This document shows positions 1-9,348 of a DNA stretch of 64,000 bases, in pieces. The notes under the pieces are model-generated. The model was not told the origin of the DNA. It searched no databases and saw only the letters and a program-made list of their open reading frames with translations. Location: positions 30,773 to 94,772 of the forward strand of contig CAZNDH010000001.1 of the NCBI GenBank assembly GCA_964571765.1, written 5' to 3'. A program made the position numbers and the translations under genes. How positions within the stretch are numbered: position 1 is the stretch's first letter; each line of letters begins with the position of its first letter. This stretch comes from an uncultured Acidimicrobiaceae bacterium (GTDB lineage Bacteria > Actinomycetota > Acidimicrobiia > Spongiisociales > ZC4RG35).

Positions 1-228
1 GTCAGCGAAGGCGTACACCGGGGTCATCTTGGGGGCCATCAGATCGATACCGATGTGCCTCCTCGCCCCATGCCTCGGGGCGCCGTAGTCGTTGGAGAAG
101 GTGGTCACGTGTGGGTCCTGGGGGAAGTACACCGGGAACGTGGGCCCGCCGGCGTGGGCTGTCGTCGGCAACAGGGTCGTCACCGACAAAACGACTACGA
201 GCAAGACCGGGATGCGGGAAGACGGCAA
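1..228 (-). CDS. M23 family metallopeptidase, secreted (5' part; runs off the window start)
   Basis: Manual translation, absent from the ORF track: TTG at 228 after AGGAG; signal peptide ending AHA; FSNDYGAPRHGARRHIGIDLMAPKMTPVYAFAD carries the HxGxD M23 motif. Confidence 0.85.
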   Translation of the reverse strand, partial: MPSSRIPVLLVVVLSVTTLLPTTAHAGGPTFPVYFPQDPHVTTFSNDYGAPRHGARRHIGIDLMAPKMTPVYAFAD

Positions 229-333
229 GAAGACTCCTGGAAAGCTGGGGGGACAGGGGCAGCCGTAGAGCCCTGTGCTTTGGGCGCCGGCCAGGCTAGG
301 GGAGGCTGCCGGGAATGACCAAGCTGATCGAGC

Positions 334-795
334 TCAAATCGGCTCGGATGGCGGGGTCGGTCTGGAACGGACGGTGAACCGCAGTCGAGAAACCGGCTCG
401 CCTTCGACCGAGATCACGAAGGAGTATGGACCCTCCTTCTCGAAGACCAGGTTGTTGAAGGTGAAGGACCGGATCAAGCCGAAGTCGGTGGCATGGGGAG
501 GATGCTCGGTGGTGCCGGGGAGGCTGAGGTGGTGACTCAGGGGCCTGGGGAGGAGAGCGCCCCCGTCTTCATCCTGAAGCTCCACGGCGAGCCTGATCTG
601 GTCACCGGCCCAGGAGACCGGGACCCGAAGCCGCAGGCCGATCGCCAGACTGGGATGCCTTGCCGGGAACCGCGGCACCCAGAGGGTGTCCCAGCCCCCA
701 CCCAGGATGAACAGCTTGCCTCGCACCGCCTGGACCGCGTCGGCGAGCAGCGCCACCTCGACGCTGGGGCCCAGCGAGTCGGAAGGGCCGTCCAC
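334..795 (-). CDS. DUF6941-like hypothetical protein
   Basis: LLADAVQAVRGKLFILGGGWD N-terminus and FEKEGPYSFVISVEGE C-terminus typical of the family; TAGGCT 6 nt upstream of the GTG. Confidence 0.7.
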   Translation of the reverse strand: MDGPSDSLGPSVEVALLADAVQAVRGKLFILGGGWDTLWVPRFPARHPSLAIGLRLRVPVSWAGDQIRLAVELQDEDGGALLPRPLSHHLSLPGTTEHPPHATDFGLIRSFTFNNLVFEKEGPYSFVISVEGEPVSRLRFTVRSRPTPPSEPI

Positions 796-870
796 CGTGA
801 GAGCCTAACCCTTCGGATTCCGCACCCACCCCTGGATGGGATAACGTCGGTGGGCAAGGAGCTTCTCGCC

Positions 871-2196
871 ATGACCCACCCGCCGCAGATAGCAGCCCCC
901 ACGGGGAAGCTGGGAGTCCTCACCCCGGGGATGGGAGCAGTAGCCACCACCTTCATCGCCGGGGTCCTCGCCACCCGGAAGGGATTCGCCGAGCCGGTGG
1001 GATCGCTCACCCAGCTGGCCCACATCCGTCTGGGCAAGCGCACCGAGGGTCGCAATCCCCTGATAAAGGACTTCGTCCCCCTGGCCGGGCTCGATGACCT
1101 CGAGTTCGGAGGGTGGGACGCCTTCTCCGACGATGCCTACACCGCGGCGATGAAGGCCAGGGTCCTCGAGCCGAGACACATCGAGGCCATCGGTGACGAG
1201 CTGCGCTCCATCAGGCCGATGACCGCGGTGTTCTCCCCGCATTGGGTGAAGAACCTGCCCGACGTGGACCACGTCAAGGAGGGAAAGGGCACATTGATGG
1301 ACCGGGCAGAGGCCCTGATGGAGGATATCGACCGGTTCCGCACCGAGAAGCAGGTGGATCGCATGGTCGCGGTGTGGTGCGGGTCCACCGAGGCCTACGA
1401 GGACGCGTCCGACGTCCATCTCGACCTGGCTTCGTTCGAGCAAGGGCTCAAGGAGGATCACCCGGCGATCTCCCCATCCCAGGTTTACGCCTACGCCTGC
1501 CTCCGCATGGGGGTCCCATTCGCCAACGGGGCGCCCAACCTCTCCGTGGACATCCCCGCCATGGTGGAGCTGGCCGCCGGGGAGAGGGCTCCCATCGCCG
1601 GCAAGGACTTCAAGACCGGTCAGACCCTGATGAAGACCATGATCGCCCCCGGCCTCAAGTCGAGGATGCTGGGGATCAACGGTTGGTTCTCCACCAACAT
1701 CCTGGGCAATCGCGACGGAGAGGTGCTCGACGACCCCGACAGCTTCCGCTCCAAGGAGGTGACCAAGCTCGGAGTCCTCGAGACCATCCTCCAACCCGAT
1801 CTCTATCCCAGCCTCTATGGCGACATCTATCACAAGGTCCGGATCAACTACTACCCGCCCAAGGGGGACGACAAGGAGGGGTGGGACAACATCGACATCT
1901 TCGGCTGGTTGGGCTACCCGATGCAGATCAAAGTCGACTTCCTGTGCAAGGACTCCATCCTGGCCGCCCCCATCGTGCTCGACCTGGCGCTGTTCATGGA
2001 CCTGGCCGCCAGGGCGGGACGCGGCGGTATACAGGAATGGCTCTCCTTCTACTTCAAGAGCCCTCAGGCGGGCCCCGGCTTGCAGCCCGAGCACGACCTG
2101 TTCGTCCAGCTCTCGAAGCTGAACAACAACCTCCGCCACATGATGGGCGAGGAGTTGATCACCCACCTCGGCACCGAGTACTACGAGGAGGGTTGA
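871..2196 (+). CDS. ino1: myo-inositol-1-phosphate synthase
   Basis: GMGAVATT NAD motif, ANGAPN, GKDFKTGQT, NILGNRDG, DSILAAP; ATG at 871 after AAGGAG. Confidence 0.93.
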   Translation: MTHPPQIAAPTGKLGVLTPGMGAVATTFIAGVLATRKGFAEPVGSLTQLAHIRLGKRTEGRNPLIKDFVPLAGLDDLEFGGWDAFSDDAYTAAMKARVLEPRHIEAIGDELRSIRPMTAVFSPHWVKNLPDVDHVKEGKGTLMDRAEALMEDIDRFRTEKQVDRMVAVWCGSTEAYEDASDVHLDLASFEQGLKEDHPAISPSQVYAYACLRMGVPFANGAPNLSVDIPAMVELAAGERAPIAGKDFKTGQTLMKTMIAPGLKSRMLGINGWFSTNILGNRDGEVLDDPDSFRSKEVTKLGVLETILQPDLYPSLYGDIYHKVRINYYPPKGDDKEGWDNIDIFGWLGYPMQIKVDFLCKDSILAAPIVLDLALFMDLAARAGRGGIQEWLSFYFKSPQAGPGLQPEHDLFVQLSKLNNNLRHMMGEELITHLGTEYYEEG

Positions 2197-2205
2197 GCCC
2201 GGCCG

Positions 2206-2610
2206 ATGGAAGACCTGGTCGTCGGCGACCTCATCGTGGCCGGGTCGGACCTGGAAGAGAGGTTCGAGACCAGCGGCGGCCCTGGAGGACAGCACGCCAA
2301 CCGCTCGGCCACCGCGGTGGTCCTGCGCCTCGACCTCGCCGGTTCGTCGCTCCCCGACGAGGTCAAGCATCACCTGGTGTCTCGTCTCGGGTCGGTAGTC
2401 GAGACGAGGGCGTCGGAGTCGCGCTCCCAGGCGCGTAACCGGGAGGTGGCCCGGCAGCGGATGGCCCGGAAGGTCGCCGGTGCACTGGTGACTCGCAAGC
2501 GGCGACGCCGTACCAGGCCCACCCGAGCGGCGAAGGAACGGCGGCTGGCCTCAAAACGCGCCCGGAGCGAAATCAAGAAGAGCAGGCGGACCCCACTCGA
2601 CGAGCCTTGA
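2206..2610 (+). CDS. arfB: alternative ribosome rescue peptidyl-tRNA hydrolase
   Basis: SGGPGGQHAN GGQ motif, RSQARNR, basic C-terminal tail. Confidence 0.93.
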   Translation: MEDLVVGDLIVAGSDLEERFETSGGPGGQHANRSATAVVLRLDLAGSSLPDEVKHHLVSRLGSVVETRASESRSQARNREVARQRMARKVAGALVTRKRRRRTRPTRAAKERRLASKRARSEIKKSRRTPLDEP

Positions 2611-2698
2611 TCGCCAGGCCTCGAGCGGTGGGTCCCGGGTTCCGCGGCTGGTGCTACCCCCGGAACGCCGAGTACGGAGGGGCTCTAGTCTCGATCCG

Positions 2699-3343
2699 AT
2701 GTCGATGACCACCGAGCGCTGGAGCTTTCTCACTGCCTATGCCGGTGAGCTGTTCGGAGATCTCGATCCCCAGCTCGCCACTCTGATGGACCGTGCCGCC
2801 CGTGCCGGACTACCCCCGATCGCGGTCAGTCCCGACGTGGGGCGTCTGCTCAACATCCTCGCCTCTCTCACGCCGGGGAGGCTGGCAGTCGAGCTGGGGA
2901 CGCTGGCCGGCTACTCCGGGATGTGGATCGCCCGCGGTTTGGCCCCGGGAGGCCGCCTGATCACCGTGGAGTATGACGACCGTCATGCCGATTTCGCCGA
3001 GGGGGAATTCACCTCCGCCGGTCTCGCCGACAAAGTCGAAGTGGTCCGAGGGGCGGCGCTCGACGTCCTGCCCGGCCTGTCCGACCGTCTCGGCCAGGAG
3101 TCTGTCGACTTTGTCTTCCTCGACGCGGTCAAGAGCGAGTACCTCCGATATTTCGAGCTGCTCTCGCCGATGATCGCCCCCGGAGGCCTGCTGGTCGCCG
3201 ACAACGTGTACGGGACCGGAGAGGGATGGATCGACCAGGGCTACGGGACCGACGACTTCAACAGGGCGGTGGCGGCGGATCCCGGCTATGTCGCCACCGC
3301 CACTCCCATGAGGGAAGGGATCCTCATCGCCCGCAAGCTGTGA
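2699..3343 (+). CDS. class I SAM-dependent O-methyltransferase (caffeoyl-CoA OMT-like)
   Basis: ELGTLAGYS, VFLDAVK, LVADNV motifs. Confidence 0.88.
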   Translation: MSMTTERWSFLTAYAGELFGDLDPQLATLMDRAARAGLPPIAVSPDVGRLLNILASLTPGRLAVELGTLAGYSGMWIARGLAPGGRLITVEYDDRHADFAEGEFTSAGLADKVEVVRGAALDVLPGLSDRLGQESVDFVFLDAVKSEYLRYFELLSPMIAPGGLLVADNVYGTGEGWIDQGYGTDDFNRAVAADPGYVATATPMREGILIARKL

Positions 3344-3388
3344 CGGGTTGAGGGAGGCCCGCAGCGCCGGGTCTACCATGGGTCGCTC

Positions 3389-4852
3389 TTGAGCGCCACC
3401 GCCTCACCCCCCACGGTCGACTACGACCGCAAGTGGCTAGTCATGGTGGCCGTGGTGGCCGGTGTGCTGCTGGCCACCATCGACTCGTCGATCGTCAACG
3501 TGGCCTTCCCCACGCTGGTCGACAGCCTGAACACCTCGTTCAACGTCATCCAGTGGGTCTCCCTGGCATACCTGGTGACCACAGCCACCCTCACCTTGGG
3601 CATGAGCCGGCTCGGCGACCTGATGGGCAAGCGGACCCTGTATGCCATCGGCTTCGCCATCTTCACCGTGGCCTCGGCGTTGTGTGGCCTGGCCCCCACC
3701 GTGGGTTGGCTGATCGGCTTCCGGGTGCTCCAGGCACTGGGATCGGTGCTCATTCTCGCCCTGGGTGCCGCCATCCTGGTCGAGGCGTTCCCTCCCACCG
3801 AACGGGGAAAGGCTCTGGGCTGGGTGGGCTCGGCGGTGTCGATCGGGGTCATCATCGGCCCGGTCGTCGGGGGGCTGATCATCTCGGCCGCGGGGTGGAG
3901 GCCGATCTTCCTGGTCAACATCCCGGTGGGGATCGTCGGCACCCTCCTCGCCGTCCGCTACGTCCCCAAGACGCGGCCGGTCCCGGGTCAGAAGTTCGAC
4001 ATCCCCGGCACAATATTGATGAGCCTCACCCTGCTCAGCCTCTCGTTGGCGCTGACCCTCGGTCAGGACATGGGCTTTTCCTCAGTCCCGATCCTCGCAG
4101 CTTTCGCCGTCAGCGCGGTCAGCGCGATCGCCTTCGTCTTCGTCGAGCTGCGCACCCCTTCGCCCATGCTCCAGCTTCGACTGTTCCGCAACCCGATACT
4201 GACGGTGAGCGTGGTTTCCAGCTTCCTCGCCTTTGTCTGCCTGGCGGCGTCGTTCCTGTTGATGCCGTTCTACCTGCAGGGGGTCCTCGGCTTCCCCATC
4301 GGCTTCGTCGGGCTTCTCCTCGGGGCGGCTCCGCTCACCATGGGCCTGGTCTCGCCATTCTCGGGCAGCCTCTCCGACCGGGTGGGGATCCGGCGGCTCA
4401 CCCTCCTCGGCCTGGCTGTGGTGGGGATGTCTTTCCTGGTGTTCCTCAGCTTCGACACCGACACCGGTGCCGCCAAGTACCTCCTCTTCGCCCTGCCCCT
4501 GGGGTTGGGCCTGGGCCTGTTCCAGTCTCCCAACAACAGCGCCATCATGGGTTCGGTGCCGCCGGAGTACATGGGAGTCGGGGGCGGGATCATGACCCTG
4601 ACCCGTCTTCTCGGGGTGACCACCGGCGTCGCCGTCCTCGGCTCGGTGTGGGCCGCCGGGGTGGCCTCGGCCTCGGGAGGTTCGCTACCTCCGGGAGGTG
4701 CCAGTGCCGCCACCGCCGAGGCCCAGGTGGCCGGGATGCACACCACGATCACCGTGGCCGCAGTGATCATCGGCCTGACTCTGGTCATCGGGGCTTGGGG
4801 AATGCGCCAGGAAGGGCGTGCCCGAGGTTCAGCCGAGCCGATCCAGGGCTAG
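3389..4852 (+). CDS. DHA2 (EmrB/QacA) family MFS efflux transporter
   Basis: ~14 TM segments, IDSSIVNVAFP, WRPIFLVNIPVG, FQSPNNSAIMG. Confidence 0.9.
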   Translation: MSATASPPTVDYDRKWLVMVAVVAGVLLATIDSSIVNVAFPTLVDSLNTSFNVIQWVSLAYLVTTATLTLGMSRLGDLMGKRTLYAIGFAIFTVASALCGLAPTVGWLIGFRVLQALGSVLILALGAAILVEAFPPTERGKALGWVGSAVSIGVIIGPVVGGLIISAAGWRPIFLVNIPVGIVGTLLAVRYVPKTRPVPGQKFDIPGTILMSLTLLSLSLALTLGQDMGFSSVPILAAFAVSAVSAIAFVFVELRTPSPMLQLRLFRNPILTVSVVSSFLAFVCLAASFLLMPFYLQGVLGFPIGFVGLLLGAAPLTMGLVSPFSGSLSDRVGIRRLTLLGLAVVGMSFLVFLSFDTDTGAAKYLLFALPLGLGLGLFQSPNNSAIMGSVPPEYMGVGGGIMTLTRLLGVTTGVAVLGSVWAAGVASASGGSLPPGGASAATAEAQVAGMHTTITVAAVIIGLTLVIGAWGMRQEGRARGSAEPIQG

Positions 4853-6058
4853 CCGCACCGCGGCTGCCCGGTCTGGCTTGCCCGGGCCGACGACCGGGAT
4901 CACCGGAACGCGGAGCCACCCCCTGGGGACTTCGTGAGCCTGAAGCCGACCGCGGGCCCATTCAGCGAGGGCATCGGGGGAGGCGGCTCCGGTGTACAGA
5001 CACCACACCGCCATCCCCCAGTCGGGATCTGGGACGCCGACAACCATCACCTCCCCGGCCATGGGGTGATCGCGGATCACGGTCTCGACCCTGGCCGGAT
5101 CCACGTTCTCTCCCCCGGTGACGATGACCGCGTCGGCCCTTCCCACGACGAGGAGCGCACCCCCGGCGTCCAACTCACCGAGGTCGTTGGTCACAAGCCA
5201 TCGTCCGGGACGGTCCGGCTCATCCAGGTAGCCCGGAGAGACCTGGCCCCCGGCGACGGCGATGCGGCCATCGGGCTCGATCCGCAACTCGACCCCGGGG
5301 AGGGGATGCGCACGCCGACCGGGCCCGGCGTCTGGCCTGCGGGTGGCCACCTGGCCGAAGGTCTCGGTCATCCCATAGCTGGGCAGCGCCGGGATGTGCG
5401 CCTCCCAGGCACGGTCGATGAGCCCGTCGGGGATCGGCCCCCCTCCCACCACCACCCCCCGAAGTCCTTCAAACTGCCCCGGATGGGCCTCCAGGGTCTT
5501 CGACAGCATGGTGGCCACCATCGACACCATCGTCACCTCCCCTCCCATGAGTCGGGCAACCGTCTCCGGGTCGAATTCCCCGGTGAGGTAGACCGAGCCG
5601 CCGGTGAATGCCGAGCGGAGCAGGATCGAGATCCCGGCAACGTGATGCAACGGCAACGAGAGCAGCCAGATGTCGTCCGGGCCGTGCCCGAGATGTGACC
5701 TGGATGCCCGACATGCTGCCTCGATGTTCGACCTGGTCAGCCTTACTCCCCTTGGGGAGCCTCCGGTGCCCGAGGTGAAAACCGTCAGGAGCCAACGGCC
5801 CGATTGGCGAGCCCCCCAATCCTCACCTGATGCCTGGTATCTGATCCCTCGATCAGGGGGAAGCGCCACCACACCGGGTCCGGAAAGGCCGGCGAGAAGG
5901 TCGAAGACCGAACCGGGGGTCAGCGACGGCCGAACCACCATGGTCTCACCAACCACGCGCGCCTCCACCTCGGCGATGGTCTCGCCGTAGCTCCAAACCC
6001 GATCGGCGACAGTCAGGAATGGCGCCATGGGTGGGTGGCGATGCAACCATTCGAGCAT
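4829..6058 (-). CDS. menE: o-succinylbenzoate-CoA ligase (short form)
   Basis: FTSGTGG, YGMTET, GGENVDP AMP-binding motifs; divergent from menB. Confidence 0.8.
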   Translation of the reverse strand: MLEWLHRHPPMAPFLTVADRVWSYGETIAEVEARVVGETMVVRPSLTPGSVFDLLAGLSGPGVVALPPDRGIRYQASGEDWGARQSGRWLLTVFTSGTGGSPRGVRLTRSNIEAACRASRSHLGHGPDDIWLLSLPLHHVAGISILLRSAFTGGSVYLTGEFDPETVARLMGGEVTMVSMVATMLSKTLEAHPGQFEGLRGVVVGGGPIPDGLIDRAWEAHIPALPSYGMTETFGQVATRRPDAGPGRRAHPLPGVELRIEPDGRIAVAGGQVSPGYLDEPDRPGRWLVTNDLGELDAGGALLVVGRADAVIVTGGENVDPARVETVIRDHPMAGEVMVVGVPDPDWGMAVWCLYTGAASPDALAEWARGRLQAHEVPRGWLRVPVIPVVGPGKPDRAAAVRLALDRLG

Positions 6059-6090
6059 GGGCCCGATTGTGACCCTTATCCTGGCGGTTC

Positions 6091-6981
6091 GTGGTATCCG
6101 AGATCTTCGATGGTGAGGCCTGGGACCTGGTCCCCGACTTCGAGCTTACCGACATCACCTATCACCGCGCTCGTGACGCCGGGGTGGTGCGGGTGGCGTT
6201 CGACCGTCCAGAGGCGCGCAACGCCTTTCGCCCGCAGACCGTAGACGAGCTCTACGCAGTGCTCGACCACGCTCGGCAAACCACCGATGTCGGCTGTGTT
6301 CTCCTCACCGGCAACGGGCCCTCACCCAGGGACGGCGGCTGGGCGTTCTCCTCGGGGGGGGATCAGAGGATTAGGGGCAAGGACGGCTACAAGTACGCCG
6401 AAGGTGAGCAAGTCGATCCCGGACGGGTGGGTCGGCTCCACATCCTCGAAGTGCAGCGGCTGATCAGGTTCATGCCCAAGGTGGTCATCGCTGTGGTCCC
6501 TGGGTGGGCGGTGGGAGGGGGCCACAGCCTCCATGTGGTCTGCGACATGACGATCGCTTCGGAAGAGCACGCGGTGTTCAAGCAGACCGATGCCGATGTC
6601 GCCTCATACGACGCCGGTTACGGGTCGGCCTATCTGGCCAGGCAGGTAGGGCAGAAGAAGGCGCGGGAGGTGTTCTTTCTCGGTCGGGACTATTCAGCGA
6701 GGGAGGCCGAGGCGATGGGAATGGTGAACGCGGTAGTCGCCCACACCGAGCTGGAGCGCGTCGCACTCCAGTGGGGCAGGGAGGTGTGCGCCAAGAGCCC
6801 GATGGCGCAGCGGATGCTCAAGTTCGCCTTCAATATGATCGACGACGGGCTGGTCGGACAGCAGATCTTTGCCGGCGAGGCGACGCGACTGGGGTACATG
6901 ACAGACGAGGCCAGGGAAGGTCGCGACTCTTTCCTGGAGAAGCGCCCCCCCGACTTCTCCGACTTCCCCTGGCACTACTGA
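6091..6981 (+). CDS. menB: 1,4-dihydroxy-2-naphthoyl-CoA synthase
   Basis: RNAFRPQTVDEL, FSSGGDQ, GGGHSLHVVCD; actinobacterial type. Confidence 0.96.
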   Translation: MVSEIFDGEAWDLVPDFELTDITYHRARDAGVVRVAFDRPEARNAFRPQTVDELYAVLDHARQTTDVGCVLLTGNGPSPRDGGWAFSSGGDQRIRGKDGYKYAEGEQVDPGRVGRLHILEVQRLIRFMPKVVIAVVPGWAVGGGHSLHVVCDMTIASEEHAVFKQTDADVASYDAGYGSAYLARQVGQKKAREVFFLGRDYSAREAEAMGMVNAVVAHTELERVALQWGREVCAKSPMAQRMLKFAFNMIDDGLVGQQIFAGEATRLGYMTDEAREGRDSFLEKRPPDFSDFPWHY

Positions 6982-7048
6982 GGCAGAGCGCATCAAGGCG
7001 AGCTCTGGGAAGCTGCTGAGACGGAGGTGATCGGGGTGCCAGAGTTCG

Positions 7049-7954
7049 ATGACCACTGATTCCTCGGCCATCGGCCGGTTCCAGGCTTGGAAGACCGCGG
7101 CTCGAGTCCACACCCTGCCGGCGGCGGTGGTCCCCGTCGTGGTCGGCGGCGGACTGGCTCAGAGCGACGGGGTGTTTCGCCTGGACGCCTTCCTCTGGGC
7201 ACTCCTCGGCGCCCTGGCCATCCAGGTTGCGGCCAACTTTGCCAATGACGTCTCCGACGCCCGACGCGGAGCCGACACCCCGGACCGCCTCGGGCCGCCG
7301 CGAATGGTGGCCATGGGGGTGATTGCCCCAGGGACGATGTGGATGGCGGCCTGGGGTGCGGTCGCCGCCGCCGCCGTCGCCGGGGTGGCCCTCACCTTGA
7401 TCGCCGGACCACTGGTGTTGGTGATCGGAGCGGCCTCGGTGTTGGCCATGATCACCTACGTCGGAGGTCCTTTCCCCTACGGTTACCGCGGGCTCGGGGA
7501 GGTGTTCGTCTTCGTCTTCTTCGGTCTGGTGGCCACGGTGGGGTCGAGGTTCGTCCATGACGGCGCCGCCCCGCGGTCGGCATGGCTCCTGGCCATCCCC
7601 ATCGGCCTGCTCGCCAGCGCCATCCTGGTGGTCAACAACCTCAGGGACATCGACACGGATCGCACTGCGGGAAAGAAGACCCTGGCGGTGATCATCGGCG
7701 AGACTGCCACCCGCCGGCTCTTCTCGATCCTCGGCTACGGGTCGCTTGCCCTTGTCGCCCTGTTCGCCGTCGTCGGACTGACTCCGAGGGGGACCATGCT
7801 CGCCGTGCTGGTGATCGCCCAAGTCGCCATACCAGTGAGAATGGTCAGCCGGGGTGATCGGGGCGCCGACCTGGTGCGTGCCCTCGAGGCGACGGCCCGG
7901 GCCCATCTCTATGCCGGCCTCGCTATCGGCATCGGCGCGGCATTGCCCCTGTAG
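7049..7954 (+). CDS. menA: 1,4-dihydroxy-2-naphthoate polyprenyltransferase
   Basis: NFANDVSD, NNLRDIDTDRTAGKKTL; follows menB. Confidence 0.93.
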   Translation: MTTDSSAIGRFQAWKTAARVHTLPAAVVPVVVGGGLAQSDGVFRLDAFLWALLGALAIQVAANFANDVSDARRGADTPDRLGPPRMVAMGVIAPGTMWMAAWGAVAAAAVAGVALTLIAGPLVLVIGAASVLAMITYVGGPFPYGYRGLGEVFVFVFFGLVATVGSRFVHDGAAPRSAWLLAIPIGLLASAILVVNNLRDIDTDRTAGKKTLAVIIGETATRRLFSILGYGSLALVALFAVVGLTPRGTMLAVLVIAQVAIPVRMVSRGDRGADLVRALEATARAHLYAGLAIGIGAALPL

Positions 7955-7994
7955 CGCCCAGGAACCGCCCACCACGGTTACGGCGTCCAAACGA

Positions 7995-8822
7995 ATGATG
8001 CGAAGACTCACCTTCCTGACCGCCATCGCTCTGACCGTTTCAGCCTGCCTCGGCTCGGACTTCGCCGCCAGCGTCCAAGGCCAGTGGGTGCTCCAGTCGG
8101 GGGACCATTCCGGCCAGCCGATACCTACCCTCGACGGCAACCCGATAACCATGCGTCTCGACGGAAGCCAGATCAACGGGGTCGCCGCCTGCAACAGCTA
8201 CGGCGGCCGCTACCGGGTCGCATCCAACGGCAACTTCCAGCTTGTCGACGGGGTGGCAGTCACCGAGATGGCGTGCTCGCCTGCCGAGGTCATGGAGTCG
8301 GAGCGCCAGTATCTGGAGGCGCTGGCGCAGGTCAACCGGGTGGCGGTCGCCGACTCGGTGCTGACGCTGAGCGGAGACGTCTACACCCTGACCTTCGCCC
8401 TCGACCCCGAATCCCCACCTCCGGGAGGCCAGGGCCAGGGCTCCGATGATCCCGACGATCCGGTGTCGAGCACCTTGGAGTGGTTCGGTCCGGCAACCTT
8501 CGGCAGTTGGATACTCGAGTCGGGCACCATCGAAAACCAGCCGATCCCCATGTTCGACTCGCATCCGATCACCCTCGAGATCTCCGAGCAGGGGTTCGGG
8601 GGCAGGGTGTGCAACCAGTACGGGTTCGTCATGCCACTCCCTGAGGACGGGGGCTTTCCCGAGGTCTTCTCCACGATGATGTTGTGTATGCCAGAGGTCG
8701 TGATGGACTCCGAGGCGGCTTATCTCGACGCCCTACGCCGGTTCGAATCGGCGACGGTGATCGAGGGGCGTCTCGTCATCGAAGGCGACGGCGTCGAACT
8801 GGTCTACACCCCCGCAGGCTGA
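7995..8822 (+). CDS. lipoprotein with two META domains
   Basis: Lipobox TVSAC; repeated CNxY...TxMxC...MxSExxYLxAL units. Confidence 0.85.
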   Translation: MMRRLTFLTAIALTVSACLGSDFAASVQGQWVLQSGDHSGQPIPTLDGNPITMRLDGSQINGVAACNSYGGRYRVASNGNFQLVDGVAVTEMACSPAEVMESERQYLEALAQVNRVAVADSVLTLSGDVYTLTFALDPESPPPGGQGQGSDDPDDPVSSTLEWFGPATFGSWILESGTIENQPIPMFDSHPITLEISEQGFGGRVCNQYGFVMPLPEDGGFPEVFSTMMLCMPEVVMDSEAAYLDALRRFESATVIEGRLVIEGDGVELVYTPAG

Positions 8823-8861
8823 TCAGGGGAACCGAGCGCAGGGGGAAACCGTCCAAGAGTC

Positions 8862-9290
8862 ATGAGATCTGCGATATGGTCGATTGCCGTCCTCCTGGCC
8901 GCGGCAGCGTGCGGAGCCGACCCGGCTGGAGACAGCCCGACCACGATCACGGAGACGCCGACCACAGTGACCACCACTCCAGGCATCACCCAACCCGAGG
9001 ACCGGCTGGATCAGGCGGTCGCCGATCTGGCCGGCCGGCTACGCGTAGGCCCCGAGGAGATCGAGGTGATCCGGTTCGAAGAGATCACCTGGAGTGACGG
9101 CAGCCTGGGCTGCCCGCAGCCAGGGATGAGCTACACCCAGGCCCTGGTCGACGGGTATAGGGCGGTGCTGGGACACGACGACCGGGTCTATCTGTATCAC
9201 GGGGGCCCGAAGGATCCTTTGTTTCTCTGCGAGTCCGACGAAGACGACGGTGGCTACGACTTCGTCCCCCCACCCGGGATCGACGTGTAG
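8862..9290 (+). CDS. hypothetical lipoprotein
   Basis: Lipobox AAAC, Thr-rich linker, WSDGSLGCPQPGMSYTQALVDGY motif. Confidence 0.75.
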   Translation: MRSAIWSIAVLLAAAACGADPAGDSPTTITETPTTVTTTPGITQPEDRLDQAVADLAGRLRVGPEEIEVIRFEEITWSDGSLGCPQPGMSYTQALVDGYRAVLGHDDRVYLYHGGPKDPLFLCESDEDDGGYDFVPPPGIDV

Positions 9291-9298
9291 GAAGACGT

Positions 9299-9327
9299 GG
9301 AGAGGGCGCCCCTCGGGCGCCCTCTCC
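9299..9327. terminator. hairpin between convergent genes, probable bidirectional terminator
   Basis: GGAGAGGGCGCCC-CTC-GGGCGCCCTCTCC, perfect 13-bp stem. Confidence 0.75.
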
Positions 9328-9348
9328 GTCGTTTGCGGTACGGGGTAT

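Noticed and set aside
240-320. Possible c-di-GMP or c-di-AMP riboswitch upstream of the M23 peptidase (minus strand CAAAGCACAGGGCTCTACGG)
   Set aside because: Only a simple ACAGGG/CCCTGT hairpin; the GGCAAA and GNRA elements and the ydaO motifs are missing
805-2373. Long antisense ORFs (also 10900-12321, 36623-38077, 41556-43316, 57335-58735)
   Set aside because: Shadow frames of real high-GC genes; no recognisable motifs
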